A stretch of 64,000 bases of DNA from Azolla caroliniana (taxonomy: Eukaryota > Plantae > Polypodiophyta): positions 14,508,001-14,572,000 of the forward strand of contig JBHGNT010000012.1 of NCBI GenBank assembly GCA_043228905.1, in the 5' to 3' direction. Shown here one piece after another: positions 38,465-51,589 of this stretch. The number at the start of each line of letters is the position of its first letter. The stretch's first letter is position 1. The translations under genes were made by a program, and so were the position numbers. The notes under the pieces are model-generated. The model did not search any database. It was not told where the DNA came from and saw only the letters and a list, made by a program, of their open reading frames with translations.

Positions 38465-39074
38465 TGTTGAGCAAGCAAGCTCAACTGGATCCGGATCAGC
38501 TGAATAAGCCTGAGCCAGATCGGTATTCAGATGGTATCCGGAAACAACCGGCCGGATCGGGTAGCTGGATTCAAGCAGGAACCGGAAGCCTAGTAGTAGC
38601 CTAGACTACTAGGTAATCATTGTCTCGTAGTTAGTGTCAGTCGCACTTGTGAGCATTGAAGTACTTGTCAGTCCTTTATGGACTTGTATAAATAGTGCTA
38701 TTTAGCACGTTGTAGACACAGAGTGTTTTAGAGTTAATTTTTGAATATAGTTTTATGTTTTGCTCTCTCTGTCTCCTCTGTGTTTGAAGCTTTTCCATTA
38801 AACCTTCATCTCATTTTCTATTGCTATCCGACTGAACCGGTTTTGTCTGACGCTTCCGCACATTAACATTCACATGGTATCAGAGCGCGAGGGTTGAGAA
38901 CCTCTACAACCGACATTTGCTTCCGTAGATGAACCCTAGAACCCGTAACAACAAATAGAGAGAAGATATGGACAGAGGAATGGCGAGTTCACTTCCAACA
39001 GAGAAGCTTTGTGGAAGGAACAAATGAAGTAGCACTGGAGCCGTCACACAAAGACTTCCCGATATGGGAGCAAG

Positions 39075-39522
39075 TGTTAATCCTGAGGGTCGGACAATGG
39101 CCTAACACAGGGTTTCTCCGGAAGACACTTCACCAAAGGGGTGTTACGATGAGATAACTTAAGACACAACAATTAATCCGACTTAATTGGCTACTTAGCA
39201 ATAAGGCATTCACTTAATACACGGGTATGATATAACAATTAAGACAGAACGGTAATCAATATGTGAAGATAAAACAAGAAGCTTATATTAAATCTCCGTT
39301 AAAGTTTTACATTGTAACCGGGCCTTTATATAGGTCACCGGTGCTGCATACAAAACGGTGCCAACCGGCACCTGTTCGGAATCGGTCCGGATCCGGATCG
39401 GCATACCGATTCCGGTCCGTCCGTTCACTACATAATTATAATCTACTTTACTTAATTAAATATATTCCGAACAACCATCCCTTTCACATTCTGGTCTCTG
39501 CTCCTTTGCCGACCGGGTAACA
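39075..39522 (-). repeat. 3' LTR of element A
   Basis: Direct repeat of 54916-55363, with TATA CCTATATAAAGG on the minus strand. Confidence 0.95.
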
Positions 39523-39524
39523 CA

Positions 39525-39570
39525 TGGCACGCCCGTGGGGCAGTACCTTGTACGTCGAATCCCACTATCC
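39525..39570 (-). other. tRNA-like 3' end (T-arm plus ...GGGCGTGCCA) at the PPT position of element A
   Basis: Minus strand reads GTGGGATTCGAC-GTACAAGGTAC-TGCCCCACGGGCGTGCCA-TG then the LTR. No purine tract. Confidence 0.8.
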
Positions 39571-39575
39571 GGCCC

Positions 39576-42500
39576 TTAGCCTTCGTCCAAGATATCCAGA
39601 ATACTCTGCTCCAGGGTATCTAATGGTTGTTCGGAATTCGGTTGTTGCGGCTGTTGTTGTTGCGGTGGCTGCGGCTCCTCCGACTGTTGCGCTTGAGAGG
39701 GCGTTTGTTCGGTTCCCGGTACCGGCGGTTGTGGCAGTGATTCCTCCGTTAGCTGCTCCGCCGGATTTGACTCCGGTTCACTCGCCCCAACCTTGTCTCC
39801 GTCCGGTCCTTGCTCCGGTGATGGCTCCTCATCGCTGAGGTTGATGGTCGCCGCCTGCTTTGCTTCTTCTCTTCGTAGCCTGGTCTGTTCATAGCTCTCA
39901 AACTGGATTTGAGCATCCAGTTGATCATCATCTAGCTGGGCTACAAGTTGCCAGACCATTGTTGCTTGCTCCTTTGCCAGAGTTACAAAATCTTCGGCTA
40001 ACTCATCTCTTACGGCGGTGAAGTCCTCCTTCATTAGCATGTAGCAGTCGTCGCCATCCTTCTGCCGGTTTTCTGCGTCCACCTGTAGCAACTGGAGCTT
40101 GGCTGTGTGCTTTCTGCCGTTACAAAATCTTCGGCTAACTCATCTCTTACGGCGGTGAAGTCCTCCTTCATTAGCATGTAGCAGTCGTCGCCATCCTTCT
40201 GCCGGTTTTCTGCGTCCGCCTGTAGCAACTGGAGCTTGGCTGTGTGCTTTTGCCCATTTGTCCCACCATTGTGCGGATCTTTCGTCAATCAAGCATTTGG
40301 TCTTGTTCCTCCATGCCTGGACAATGAACTGGATCTGCTCCAATCCCATCTTTGATTTGTCCTCCGCGGCTTACCGTTCATCCTTCAACTGCTTGATGAG
40401 TGCCACCATATCCACCTCTTGCTCCTGGTAATGTGACAATTGGGTTTGATAAGTGTTCTGCAGCCTTTGCAAGATCATCGTCGCTCTTTCCTTCTCTTCA
40501 TAATGCTGCTTATACAGTTCCATCCGTTCTTGCGCGGCTTCCTCCAGCAGCGTGGTTCTTTCAGCCCGTTCCTCTGCCAGCGCCGTCTCTACTTGGTGTA
40601 CCTCCTACCGGAGCTCTGCCATTTTCTCTTGTTGTTTCTTATGCTCCGTATCCAGGTGCTTGTAGTCTCGGTGCAGGTGCTCAAAATCATCAGTCTTTTG
40701 CTTTAGCTTTTGGTTGAGTTGCCGGCGAGCGCGGTCTTCCCGGTCCTTCTGTTGACGAAGTTCTTCTTTCAGCCTTTCGATCTCTGTTTCCGCCATCTGT
40801 CGCAACTTCTCCTTTTCTTGCAGCGCCTTCTCTTTCTCCTCCTTTAGCCGGTCGTAGGCCTGATGTCCTTTCCACAGATTCTCTTCTGCTTGGCGGAGGT
40901 TCTCAGTAGTCTTTCGTTGCTCTTCTTCTGCCGCTTTCTTCAAGTCCCACTCTCGGGTGCGTAATGCTTCCTGTGCGGCCAGTTCATCTCTTAATTCAAC
41001 AAGATCTTTTGCTTGCGCCGCCACTATCTCCGGGACTGGTTCCGTCCCCGGGGTCTTATTGTTATGTATAGGTGCCGATGCTTCTTTATTCTGTACATCT
41101 ATTGGAGTCACCGGTGCTTGGACTTGTGGTTCGGTTAAGGCCATTTTGGCCAATTCTTCTGTGGCGAGGTCCAAGTCTTGTTCTAGGCTCCGGATCCTTG
41201 ACCGGGCCGTCTCTAGTTCTCCGGTTGTGACGAGCAACCGGTCCATGTGCGCTTTCTCTTCCACCTCTATGTAGTGTACCACTCCGGCAATCTGTTCTAC
41301 AATCCATCGGAGCCATTGGCTGCCGGTGCCCTGTTGTTGCGTCTGCCCTGAGGGTTGGTTGTGGGTGTCGCTGGCCAGTGGTTGGTTTTGTCCAGTTGCG
41401 TCCAGTTGCAACTCTGGCTCTTGTTGGTGACCACTTTGCCGGTCTGGTTGCGGCTCCGTTGGCCGCTCCACCTCTGAATGCTCTTGGCCTGCCGGTGGGG
41501 TCGGCAACTGTACTTCCGGCGCTTGCATTTTGGGTCTTGCCGTATCCTGACCCGCCGGTAGAGGTTGTTGTGCAGGGAGCTCTGTGACCAGTTCTGGGTG
41601 AACCGGTTCCGGTGCCATCCTTGGTGCGGGCTGCTCAGGGCGGGGTACAAGCGTTCCATCCTTCTTTGGGTCCGAACGCCCCCCGGCATGTTCGGAGGTG
41701 CTTGCCTTCTGGCGCTGCTGGAGGTGCTCTAACGGTTCCTCCTCCACTTCCTCCTCCTGAGTCCCAATGTTGATTTTCGCTGCCAAGGGGTTCGACGCTT
41801 GTTGAACCGGTCGGCTAAGCCTGATCTTGATAGGCCGTACCGGTGGCTCCTCCTGCGTTTCTGCCTACCGCTTCCTATTGGCGCACTCCTTTGCCGCCTA
41901 GTCCGTGTCGGCCGCCTTCCCTTTGGTTGCCTTAGAAGCCAACAACTGCTGCCGTTTCAAGGCCATTTTCGGGGAGCCTTTGGTTGTCCTTCCCTGCTTC
42001 GTGGTCTTGACTGGCTCGATAGGTGGCGCCAATAGGGTGAGCCATTGCGCCACTGCCGTCCATATCTTCCGACCCTCTTTGCCTCTGATAGAGTCGATGG
42101 CCGCACAAAGGCCATCCGCAATCAGTACCGCCTAGTCCACTTTCACACCTTCATATGTGGCTATGATTAAGTCAGCCCGGTTCTGGGGCATGCACGGGGG
42201 TCGAGGGTATACATGTCCGAATTCATGGAGCACACGGGCAATCTCTTGAAAGAGAGGATCTTCGCCGCCCTGTGTCCGGTAGGCCTTGCTTGCCGGAGAG
42301 TATTCCCCAAAGTATTTTCGGAGCTGTTCCGGGGTAGGGTTGTCGATATTGAAGATTCCCCCTTCCGGAAGGCCAAGCAACGCATGGATGGCCTCCTTAG
42401 TAATAAACTCTGTGTCGATTTTTTTGACTATCTTCTACGCCTCCCGGTGTGGTGGCGCCTCCATGATGGTGAGGAAACCCTCTAAGCCGTGTTGCCTTAG

Positions 42501-42731
42501 CCACTTCTTGGCTGCTTCAGAGAGTGCTTGGCAGTCCATGGCTTCGTCGAGGTCGGTGAGCGCTGGTGAGGGTTGTGTGTGAGGAGTCTCTGTGTGCGTG
42601 GGCTCGCGTCTGCTAATCTCCAATCTCCTGTCTGCGTTTGTGCTCCTCTGTTCGCGAAATGTCAGGGTTTCTATGTGGCGGGGGTCTTCTTGTTGCATGT
42701 TGGCGCCTGTTTTTTTTTTCATTACCTGCAC
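39576..42731 (-). pseudogene. Extra ORF3 downstream of pol (about 1000 codons originally), globular N-terminus plus long coiled coil
   Basis: In-frame ORF pieces 42435-42731, 42132-42380, 40605-41786, 40140-40349 and 39576-40091. Homologous pieces occur in element B. Confidence 0.8.
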
Positions 42732-42929
42732 GTGTGCACGTCGTGTACTAAAATAGAATGTCGTGCCATGTGGCGGCGGTTTAATACCCTATTAATAGCC
42801 CACTACGTACCTTTTCAAAGTGCTTGTTCACTCCTTGTTTTTGCATGTGTCCGTTCATCCCTCGCCCTTGCATGATTTACTTTGATTTGATTTGATTTGA
42901 TTTGATTTTTTTTTTACATGGTTTTGCTA

Positions 42930-45900
42930 ATTAGCAACTGATTCCACTGGACCCCTATCCGGATTGTGATCCTTGCCGGACACTGGACCGCTTGCCGTCG
43001 CTTCCGACTTACCGGTGTCCGGTTCTGTGTCGCCCTTCACTTGTTTAAATGGGTTTCTTGGCATGGGTCCATTGTATAGTTTGAGTCGGAACCCATTGAC
43101 CCATTTACCCAGAACCTCGCCGGCGAGTGTCCCTAATTGGTAGGAACCGTTGAACTCTTGCGTAATCTAGTATGGTCCAGTCCACCGAAACCGTAGCTTT
43201 CCCGGCATCTTACCCATCCGGGTCTGGAACACGAGTACCGGCTTACCGATGCCGAACATCTTTTTGTTCCCTTTTCAGTGACGATCCATGAACGCTTTCC
43301 TTCGCCGTTGCTCTAGTTCTAGGTGCATGATGCTGGCTAGCCGATGTTCTTCCAATTCGCACAGCGCGTTTAACCAGATAGCTTCCGATTCCTTCTCATT
43401 TAGGCGTTCCCAAATCTGTATTCGTAAACTCGGGACCTGGAACTCTATCGGCATCACTGCTTCCAATCCGAATGCTAGGCGGAACGGTGTTGTGCGGATA
43501 CTTGTCTTATATGCCGTTCGGTAGGCCCAGAGTGCACTGTGCAACTTTGTATCCCAATCCGTCCGGTTCTCATTGACGATTTTCCGCAGGATATTCTGTA
43601 GTGTTTTATTTGTTGACTCTGCTAATCCGTTGGCTTGCGGATAATAGGGAGTGCTCCGTTTGTGCACCACCGCATAAAATGTCGTCAAACGTTCCACTAC
43701 TTGCCCTAAGAAGTGCCCACCTTGGTCACTTATGAGCTCTATCGGACATCCATATCGGCACCAGATGCATTCATTTAAATTTTTTGCCGTGGATGCCGCG
43801 GTGTTGTCGCGTAGTGCTTTCGCTTCCACCCATTTTGTGCAGTAATCCGTAGCGACGATCACGTACCGGTTGCCGGTTCTCATTGCCGGTGGTTTGAATG
43901 GACCGACAAAATCTAGCCCCCATTTTTGAAATGGTTCTAATGGTAGCACGGGCTGGTGAGGCATTCTGGCCTGTTCGGTTGGTTGGCCCATTCGTTGACA
44001 TAGGTCGCATTCTTTAGCGTACCGGACTGCATCCTTCAATGTTGTCGGCCACCATAGTCCGCTCTGCCATATTTTCCTTGCCGTAGCGTCTCCGGCATAA
44101 TGTCCTCCAGCCACGCCGCAGTGTGCTTCGCGTAATATTATTTCCTTTTTGTCGCTGCGCACTGCACGCCGCCATATGCCATCGGCGCCTTTGTGGTACA
44201 GGGTGTCCTGTAATAGACAGAAGTGCCGGCTTTGAATTGCTAAGCGTTTCCTCTCGTCTCTGTTCATCTCCTCCGGAGGTAGGCCGATGCTTAGAAATTG
44301 GTGCATGTTGGTAAGCCACTTGTCTTCCTCTGCGACCGAACTATCCGTTGCCGTTTGTGCTGTGACTCTAAACAGCTCTGCATCCGGAAAGTCGTTTGGG
44401 ACTCCGTCACCGGTTTCGCTGGAATCCAACCGTCTTAAATAGTCCGCTACCACATGTTGTATGCTGGGTCGGTGGAATATTTCGAACTCGAATTCTTGCA
44501 ATAGTAACGTTCACCAGGCCAGCTTACCGGTGAGTGATGCTTTGGACACCAAGTAGAGTAGCGTCGAATGATCTACGTGAAAGGAAAATTTCCTTCCCAA
44601 TAGATAGTGTCTAAACTTGGTGACACTGTAGATCATCCCCAAGGCCTCCCTTTACGTTGTGGAATAATTTTGTTCCGCTTGGGACATCTTCCGGCTGGCA
44701 TAATAGACTGGCTAGTACCATTTCGGTTCTGTTAGTTGCATCAGAGCGCTCCCGATTGCAATGTCGAACGCGTCAACGAACACATGGAACTCTTTGGACC
44801 AATCCGGAGGTTGCACCACCGACGCTTGTGACAACAGTAATTTTAGTGCATGGTAAGCCTGGTCTTCTGTGTCCGTCCATCGGAACGGTGTCCAATGTAC
44901 TATGGCATGCAGTGGTGTAGCCAGGTCTGCCAGATACCGGAGCATTCTGCTATGCCACTGAATTTGTCCTAAGAACCGGCTTAGTGCCTTTGTCGTGGTT
45001 GGTGCCGGTGCCTCCAGGATTGCTTTTACTTTGTCCGGATCCACTGCGATACCGTCTTTGTTTACTATGTGGCCCAGTAACGCTCCACTGGTTACTCCGA
45101 ACACGCATTTTGCCGGGTTCAGGCTTAGTCGGTAAACCCTACATTTTTCTAGGCATAATCGGAGGTGCTGAAGGTGATCCCTTTCTTGGCTATAAATAGC
45201 GTAGTCATCCAAAAACACCTGCATGAATGCCGGAATGAATTCCTCGAAAATTTCCATGATGATCCGCTGGAAGGTTGCCGGTGCCGTTTTTAGTCCGAAC
45301 ATCATTACTACGGCAACGAAGACTCCCCATTCGGTGACAAAAGCAGTTTTCTCCTGGTCGGTGGGGTGCATCCGGATCTAATTATAGCCGCTGAAACCAT
45401 CTAGAAAACTGTACACCTTATGACCGGTGACCGCATCCAGGACTCCATCCGTAAATGGAAGTGGGAAGGCGTCCGTTACCGTAGCCGCATTCAATTTCCG
45501 GTAGTCGACACACACTCTGATCTTACCGTTCTTTTTGGGTACTACCACTATTGGGCTGAGCCATGTGGCTTTCTTTACCAGTCGGAGGAAGCCCACTCTT
45601 AGCAACTTGTCGATTTCTTCTTTGACTTTTGCTGCGTAATTCGGGTTCATCCGGTAACCCTATCGCGCTGCCGGTTTGGCGTCTTTACTCAGATGTATCT
45701 GGGGTTGATATAACTGAGGATTGAGTCCCGACATGTCCTCGTAGGACCAGGCGAACACATTGCGAAATTCTTTTAGGAGTGTGATCATTGCCGTTTTGTT
45801 CTCCAAAGTCATTTCCTTTGCAATGTGCACCGGTCTTGTGTCCTCTGTGGTACCTAGGTTTACCTCTTCTAGTTGGGATGCTTTCATGCGCTGTGATACT

Positions 45901-46784
45901 GCCATTTCTTTTTCCAGTGCCTCCTGTGCTTGCTGTAATTCCCGAATTGCTTCTTTATCCAGTTCCTCGTCGGTCCCGTTCGGTTGCAGTACGTACGGTG
46001 ATACTGCTTCGGCTACATCAATCTCGAACAGAGGTGCGATCTTCGGATTTTCTTGTAAGTATTGATCGACCTCTTCGTCCACCAATCCTTCCAGCATGTT
46101 GACACATTCCGCATATAGTGGCGTTGACTCCTTGCCGATACCGGGTCATGGTTGAGTCGGTACTCGTACTTTCGCTTTTCCACGCCGGAACGTAATTATA
46201 TTCTTCGTCCAGTTTTGCTTTATATGTGTTGTTTTTAACCAAGGGCGTCCCAACAATAGTGGGTACGCTCCCTAAGCCTGTAGTTGGAGAACTACTGCGG
46301 AAATACGAAATGTGTGACCCTCGATGGTCACTTCTAGATCGCGTATTAATGTGGTCGGCCGTATTGAGCTAGTGTCCGCCATCCGAAGCCAAAACGGGCA
46401 CGGTTCCCAGTCCTGGATTCCTAGAGTGTGACATGTTCGAGTTGGGAGACAGGTCCCTCTGGATGGGAAGACCCGGTGTGAACCGGATGAGGAGTACCCG
46501 ACAATAGAAGACTCGGTGAGAACCGGATGAGGAGTACCCGGAAACGCAAGAACCGGTGAGAACCAGATAATGAGTGCCCGGCAAGCGCTGAATGATGTAG
46601 GCCCGGTGAGGAGTGCTCACCGGATGAAGGGACATATTCGTAAATATGTTTCTGAGAGCCCATCGGGGCTATATTTGTAAATAGCCGAAAAGTCATTTTA
46701 GTATAAATATGACTTAGGGCAAACTATGTGTTAGAATGAGTTGTTGTCATTCTTGTTGGCGCAAGATTAGAGCGCGCAACTGTG

Positions 46785-46826
<42 letters not shown>

Positions 46827-47600
46827 GAGGTCGTTGCCTCTATTGTAACCGCTGCCTGTGGCGAAGATAGAAAGCTCGAGGTCGTTGCTTCGGTGCTTTA
46901 CCATTTATACATTCTAACATAGTGATAGTTTGCAGTCTGTGGGCTGCCGTGGTTTTTTCCCTAGTTTGGGTTTTTCCACGTTAACATCCTGTGTTCTCTT
47001 CTCTCCATTGTGTCGTGCATTCATTCCCGTTTTTTCTGTGTTTTGATTCTAAGCTCGGTTGTGGCTGAGCGTTGTTCATCGGGAGCGTGTGTTCCTGTCA
47101 GTTCGGAGGCCGATCACGTTCACGCCGGATCCTCCATTGATAATCGTGCCAGGTAGCTCCTTTCCCTTCATGATGGCTGTGATTGCTGGACTACTTGTGT
47201 CCACCACTGCCGGTCCTTCCTCCGGATTTGAAAAGAATGCTAGAGCCGGTGGTGTGTCAGCTGTCGTCCTTCTGGTCTTCAGTCCTTCTGTGAAGCAGGG
47301 TACCAGTTGCAATAGCCGGCCTAACGGCAACGTTATTTGGCATTCTTGTAACGTCTGCCAGGTTGGGTTTTCGGGTTGCCCCGGGCCGGTGAGCTCTTCG
47401 GCATTCTCCTTCTGTTGTTCGAGCTCTGCCGCATTCCGCTCATTTGCCTTCTTCACCCATTCGGTTGCCTGCTTCCAGATGGCTTCTTGATTTTCCCACT
47501 CCGTGGCTTTGGCTTTTGATCTTGTAGTGACTTGTTGTATGTCCGCGACTTCCGTGTTTACCATGTTCACCGCTGGTCGGTTGTCGTAGCTCTTCGCCAA
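42930..47600 (-). pseudogene. pol of element A (protease, RT, RNase H, integrase), disrupted
   Basis: IINGGSGVNVI protease, PKKNGKIRVCVDYRKLN, FLDGFSGYN, MFGLKTAPATFQR, VFLDD, FHVFVDAFD, HCGVAGGH, WGLDFVGPF, DYCTKWVEA and QANGLAE. Interrupted by solo LTR 46440-47100. Confidence 0.92.
46440..47100 (+). mobile_element. Solo LTR of the Copia-3 family
   Basis: Colinear with 57903-58622. TSD GTTCG at 46435-46439 and 47101-47105. First base is A instead of T. Confidence 0.92.
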
Positions 47601-48247
47601 ACATTGATTATTATAGTGGCCCTCTTGCCGGCAATAATAGTAGTACAGCTTTCGGGTGTTGCCGGATTCGGCGTGTGTGTTTGGTGGCGGACCGGGGGCA
47701 AGTGTTTGCTTTTGGCCTGGTTGGCTGCTTGGGGCGCCCTTTTCCGGTTCTCGTGGATGACCCCCCTTTTTGTTGAAATGACGTTTCTTATTGAAATTCT
47801 TTTTGTTGCGGTATCCTTGCCGGGGCTGGTCGTCATCCTTGTCATAGTTGTCCCGTCGGTGGTTGTAACCAGGGGAGTGATCCCGGTTATATCTTTCATA
47901 CCGTCCATTATAGTCCCGATATCTATACTGTCTATCATACCGGTCATACGCGTCTCTTCGATCGCTATACTAGATATATTGTGCCAGCTGGTAGCGCTCC
48001 TCTCGCCGCTAGCATTCTTCTTCTTCCTCCCGGTTGCTCCGTGGTTCAATTTTTCGAACCGGTGCTGCTTGTCGATTTAACAAGTTATACTCACACCGTT
48101 CCATTGTGTGACTTCTGGAGTGGCAGAGCAAGCATTGGGAACGCATGGTGCATTCGAGCGCCGAATGTCCGGCATTCAGGCATATCGTACATTGCACTGC
48201 TTGCCGGAAACGGAGGTCCTCTTCTATCGGTAGCGTACGTTGAAGTG
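47600..48247 (-). pseudogene. gag of element A, C-terminal part with zinc knuckles
   Basis: CTICLNAGHSALEC-TMRSQ-CLLCHSRSHTMERC and a further YYCRQEGHYNNQC. Rejoins 53765 across TSD AAGTG (WLTMRAL|QRTLPIEED). Confidence 0.85.
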
Positions 48248-48745
48248 TGTTACCCGGCTGGCAAGAAGGCTTAAGGAGGTCCAAACCAGAGTGTGAAAGG
48301 AATAGTTTATTCTGGAACTGTTGTAATTAGTAGTCTTAATATATATTAATATATGAGAAGATGTGGACGGACGGACCGGAATCGGTATGCCGATCCGGAT
48401 CCGGACCGATCCCGAAAAGGTGCCGGTTGGCACCGTTTTGTATTTCGCACCAGAGACCTATATAAAGGCCTGGTTACAATGTAATCGACATCGGATAATT
48501 AATAGAACTTATTGCCTTAATCTTTATTGATTACCGTTTTGTACTCATTGTTATACCTTACGCATGTTAATGATGTGTTGCTAAGTAACCGATTAAGGTC
48601 TAATTAAGCATTGTGTAGCAAGTCATTCTGCTGTAACACCCTTTGGTGAAGTGTCTTAAGTGGACACCCTGTGTTAGGCTGTTGTCCGGCCCTAGGATTA
48701 ACACAGTTTTTGGCGACCACGATTCCTGCACAATCGCAGTGAACA

Positions 48746-50490
48746 ATGGCAGGAATGAATGACTAGCCCAACAGACGACCCGGTTACGGAGAGAGCACGA
48801 AGACTTGCTGAATGGCGCAGGCGGCAGGAGGCTTTCCAGCAAGCAGTGGAAGAAATCCGATCAGATCGATCATTCTCCAAAGTGATCTAGAAAGGGGCGG
48901 AGGAGTCGCTCCATCTGCAGCAAAATGCCTACCCGGACGAAGGAAGCAGCTTAAGCAGCCTCCGGGAAGCGGAATCCCTTCTCCAGGCCTTGGCCGGAAG
49001 AGAGGGCGAATCCGAACCATTTTCAGTGCTGGAATCAGATTCAGAAGGGGGTTACAGCGCGCACACGAACTATCACAGCAGTAACGACACCCCAGGAGGA
49101 CTGGAGGACGAGGAGTCGGATACATTACCAACACCGGAACCAGAGTTGTCAAACCAGGAACCCCCGACACTAGACGTGGAGTAACCTCCGGAGACGGAAG
49201 AAGACCGGCAAAGACCTCCGACGCCGACGGAACAACAGGAAAGACCACCGACACCGCCAGCCCGCGTACCGACACCGGACGACGACATGCCGTTCCAGGC
49301 TCATGTTCACGCATTTCAACAAACATGGGAGGCGAACCATGTGTCACAACGGTTAACCGCGGCCAAAGAGGAACGATCGAAGATAGCCGAATTCGGCGTG
49401 ACATTGGAAGGACCGGCCGCCCGATGGCACTGGACGTAGGACCCCAGCACCATCACCACCTTTGCGGACCTGAAAGATAAATTCTTGCACTTCTTTCAGA
49501 AGGAGGTGAACAAGAGAGAAATGGTGGGCCTATTTTGTACCATCCGGCAGGACCCTAAGGAGAGCATTCCGCAGTTTGTCATCCGGTTTCAACGGATGCA
49601 CAGTCAGCTTACCCGTGCACCTCCGGAGGAAGAAACACGGGCTATATTCTTAGACGCGCTCCGGGAACCTCTACGAACGGTATGCACGGTCATTGACTTT
49701 CGCAGAAGCACCGTCAAGCAGGTCATCGGCCGGGTTAGAGAAATGGAGAAAACGAGCTCTTGGCTAACAATGGGAGCCCTCCAACGAGCGTTACCAACCG
49801 ATGAGGATCTCCGGTTCCGGCAAGCAATCCAATGCACGACCTGCTTGAATTCCGGACACTCGTCACTAGAGTGCACAATGCGAACGCATTGCTTACTCTG
49901 CCAAACTACGAGCCACACGATGGACCGGTGCGAATATAACTTATTGAATCGGCAAACACCACCAGTCCGGCAAATCGAGCCACGTAGCAGCCGAGACGAA
50001 GAAGACGAACGTTGGCGGCAAGAGGAGCGATATCGACCGGCACAGGATGTCCGGTACGACGATCGGCGAGACAACTATGACCGGTACAAGAGATATGACA
50101 GGTACCGAGACTACAATGGACGGTACGAGAATCACAACCGGGATCACTCCCCCGGGTATCACCAACGACGGAAAGATTACGGGAGATATGACGACCAACA
50201 AAAAGAACTTTAATAAAAAACGACATTTCAAAAAAGGGAGCCAACCACGTGAACCGGAAAAAGCGCCTCAAGTAGCCAACCGGACCAAAGCCCCGCGGTT
50301 ACCATAGGTCCTCCACCGGGTACAGGAAACAATGCCGAATCCAGCAATACCCGGAAAGCATATTCTATTATTGCCGGCAAGAAGGACATTATAGTAATCA
50401 ATGTCCAGCAAAGAGCTATGACAAGCGACTGGCAGTAAACATGGTAGTCGCCGAAGTCGCAGACCTGCAATAGGTTACCACAAGGTCGAA
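48746..50490 (+). pseudogene. gag of element B
   Basis: ORF 49485-50213 with IRQDPKESIPQFVIRF and CTTCLNSGHSSLEC...CLLCQTTSHTMDRC, homologous to the element A gag. Confidence 0.85.
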
Positions 50491-51589
50491 GGGCAAGAGA
50501 CGGAAATCGAAAGGCTGAAGGAAGAACTCTGTCAACAGAAGGACCGGGAGGACCGCGCGCGCCGGCAGATCAACCAAAGGCTGAAGTAGAAGACCGATGA
50601 TTTTGATCATCTGCATCGGGACTACAAGCAACTGGAGGCGGAGTATAAGCAACAGCAGGAAAGGCTGGCGGAGCTCCGACAAGAAGTTGATAGGGCCACA
50701 ACGACACTCGCCGAAGAACGAGATGAGAGTTCCAAGCTATTGCAGGAAGCGGCGATGGACCGGATGGAGCTCCACAAGCAGAACCATGAAGAAAAGGAAA
50801 GGGTGACAATGGTGTTACTGAGGTTGCAAATAACCTATCAAAGTCAATTGTCGCATTATAGGGAGCAGGAGGCGGACACAGTCCAAATCATCAAGCAATT
50901 GAAAGAGGAGCAACAAGCCGCAGAAAATAAATCACGGATGGGAATTGAACGGATCCAGTGCATCCTCCGATCATGGCTCACCAAGACCAAAAGCTTGATT
51001 GACGAGAGCTTTGTGCGATGGTGGATGAAATGGGTGCAGAATACGGCGGAACTCCAATTGCTCAAGGCGAACGTGGAAAACCGGCGGAAGGAGGGTGACG
51101 ATTGTTATACGCTGACATCGGAGGACTTCACCGCCATAAGGGATTAGTTGGCCGAATATTTCACAGCCCTTGCGGATGAACAATTGGTGCAGGTCCGGTA
51201 GCTCGTAGCTCAACTGGACGACGATCGGCTGGAAGCTCAAATCCAGTTTGAGAGCTATGAGCGGTCCCAGCTTCGGGAAGAAAAAGCGAGGAAGGCGGCA
51301 ACGGTCAACCTTAGTGATGAGGAACCGTCGCCGGTACAAGGACCAGACGGGGACTAGGCCGGGGTCAATCAGCCAGAGACAACTCTGACGGAGGAACCAA
51401 TGAAGGAAATGTTGGAGCCAGAGCGACAAACGGAGCCGCAACCCCAAATGGAGAAGGAACAAACGGAGCAGCCACAGCCACAAACGGAACAACAGCCACA
51501 ACAACAACAACAGATTCCCGACGAGCCATTGGAAATTCTGGAGCAAAGCATTCTGGACATTTTGGATGAAGCGTAAAAGGGCCGGATAA

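Noticed and set aside
39523-39545. Reading element A as a + strand element with an ordinary PBS here and antisense genes
   Set aside because: TATA, gag, pol and ORF3 are all on the minus strand, and the other end has its own PBS rather than a PPT.
48711-48720. Self-priming by pairing of the 3' tRNA mimic with the 5' PBS
   Set aside because: Only about 4 contiguous bases (TGGC/GCCA) pair. The two sites match different tRNA-Arg isoacceptors.
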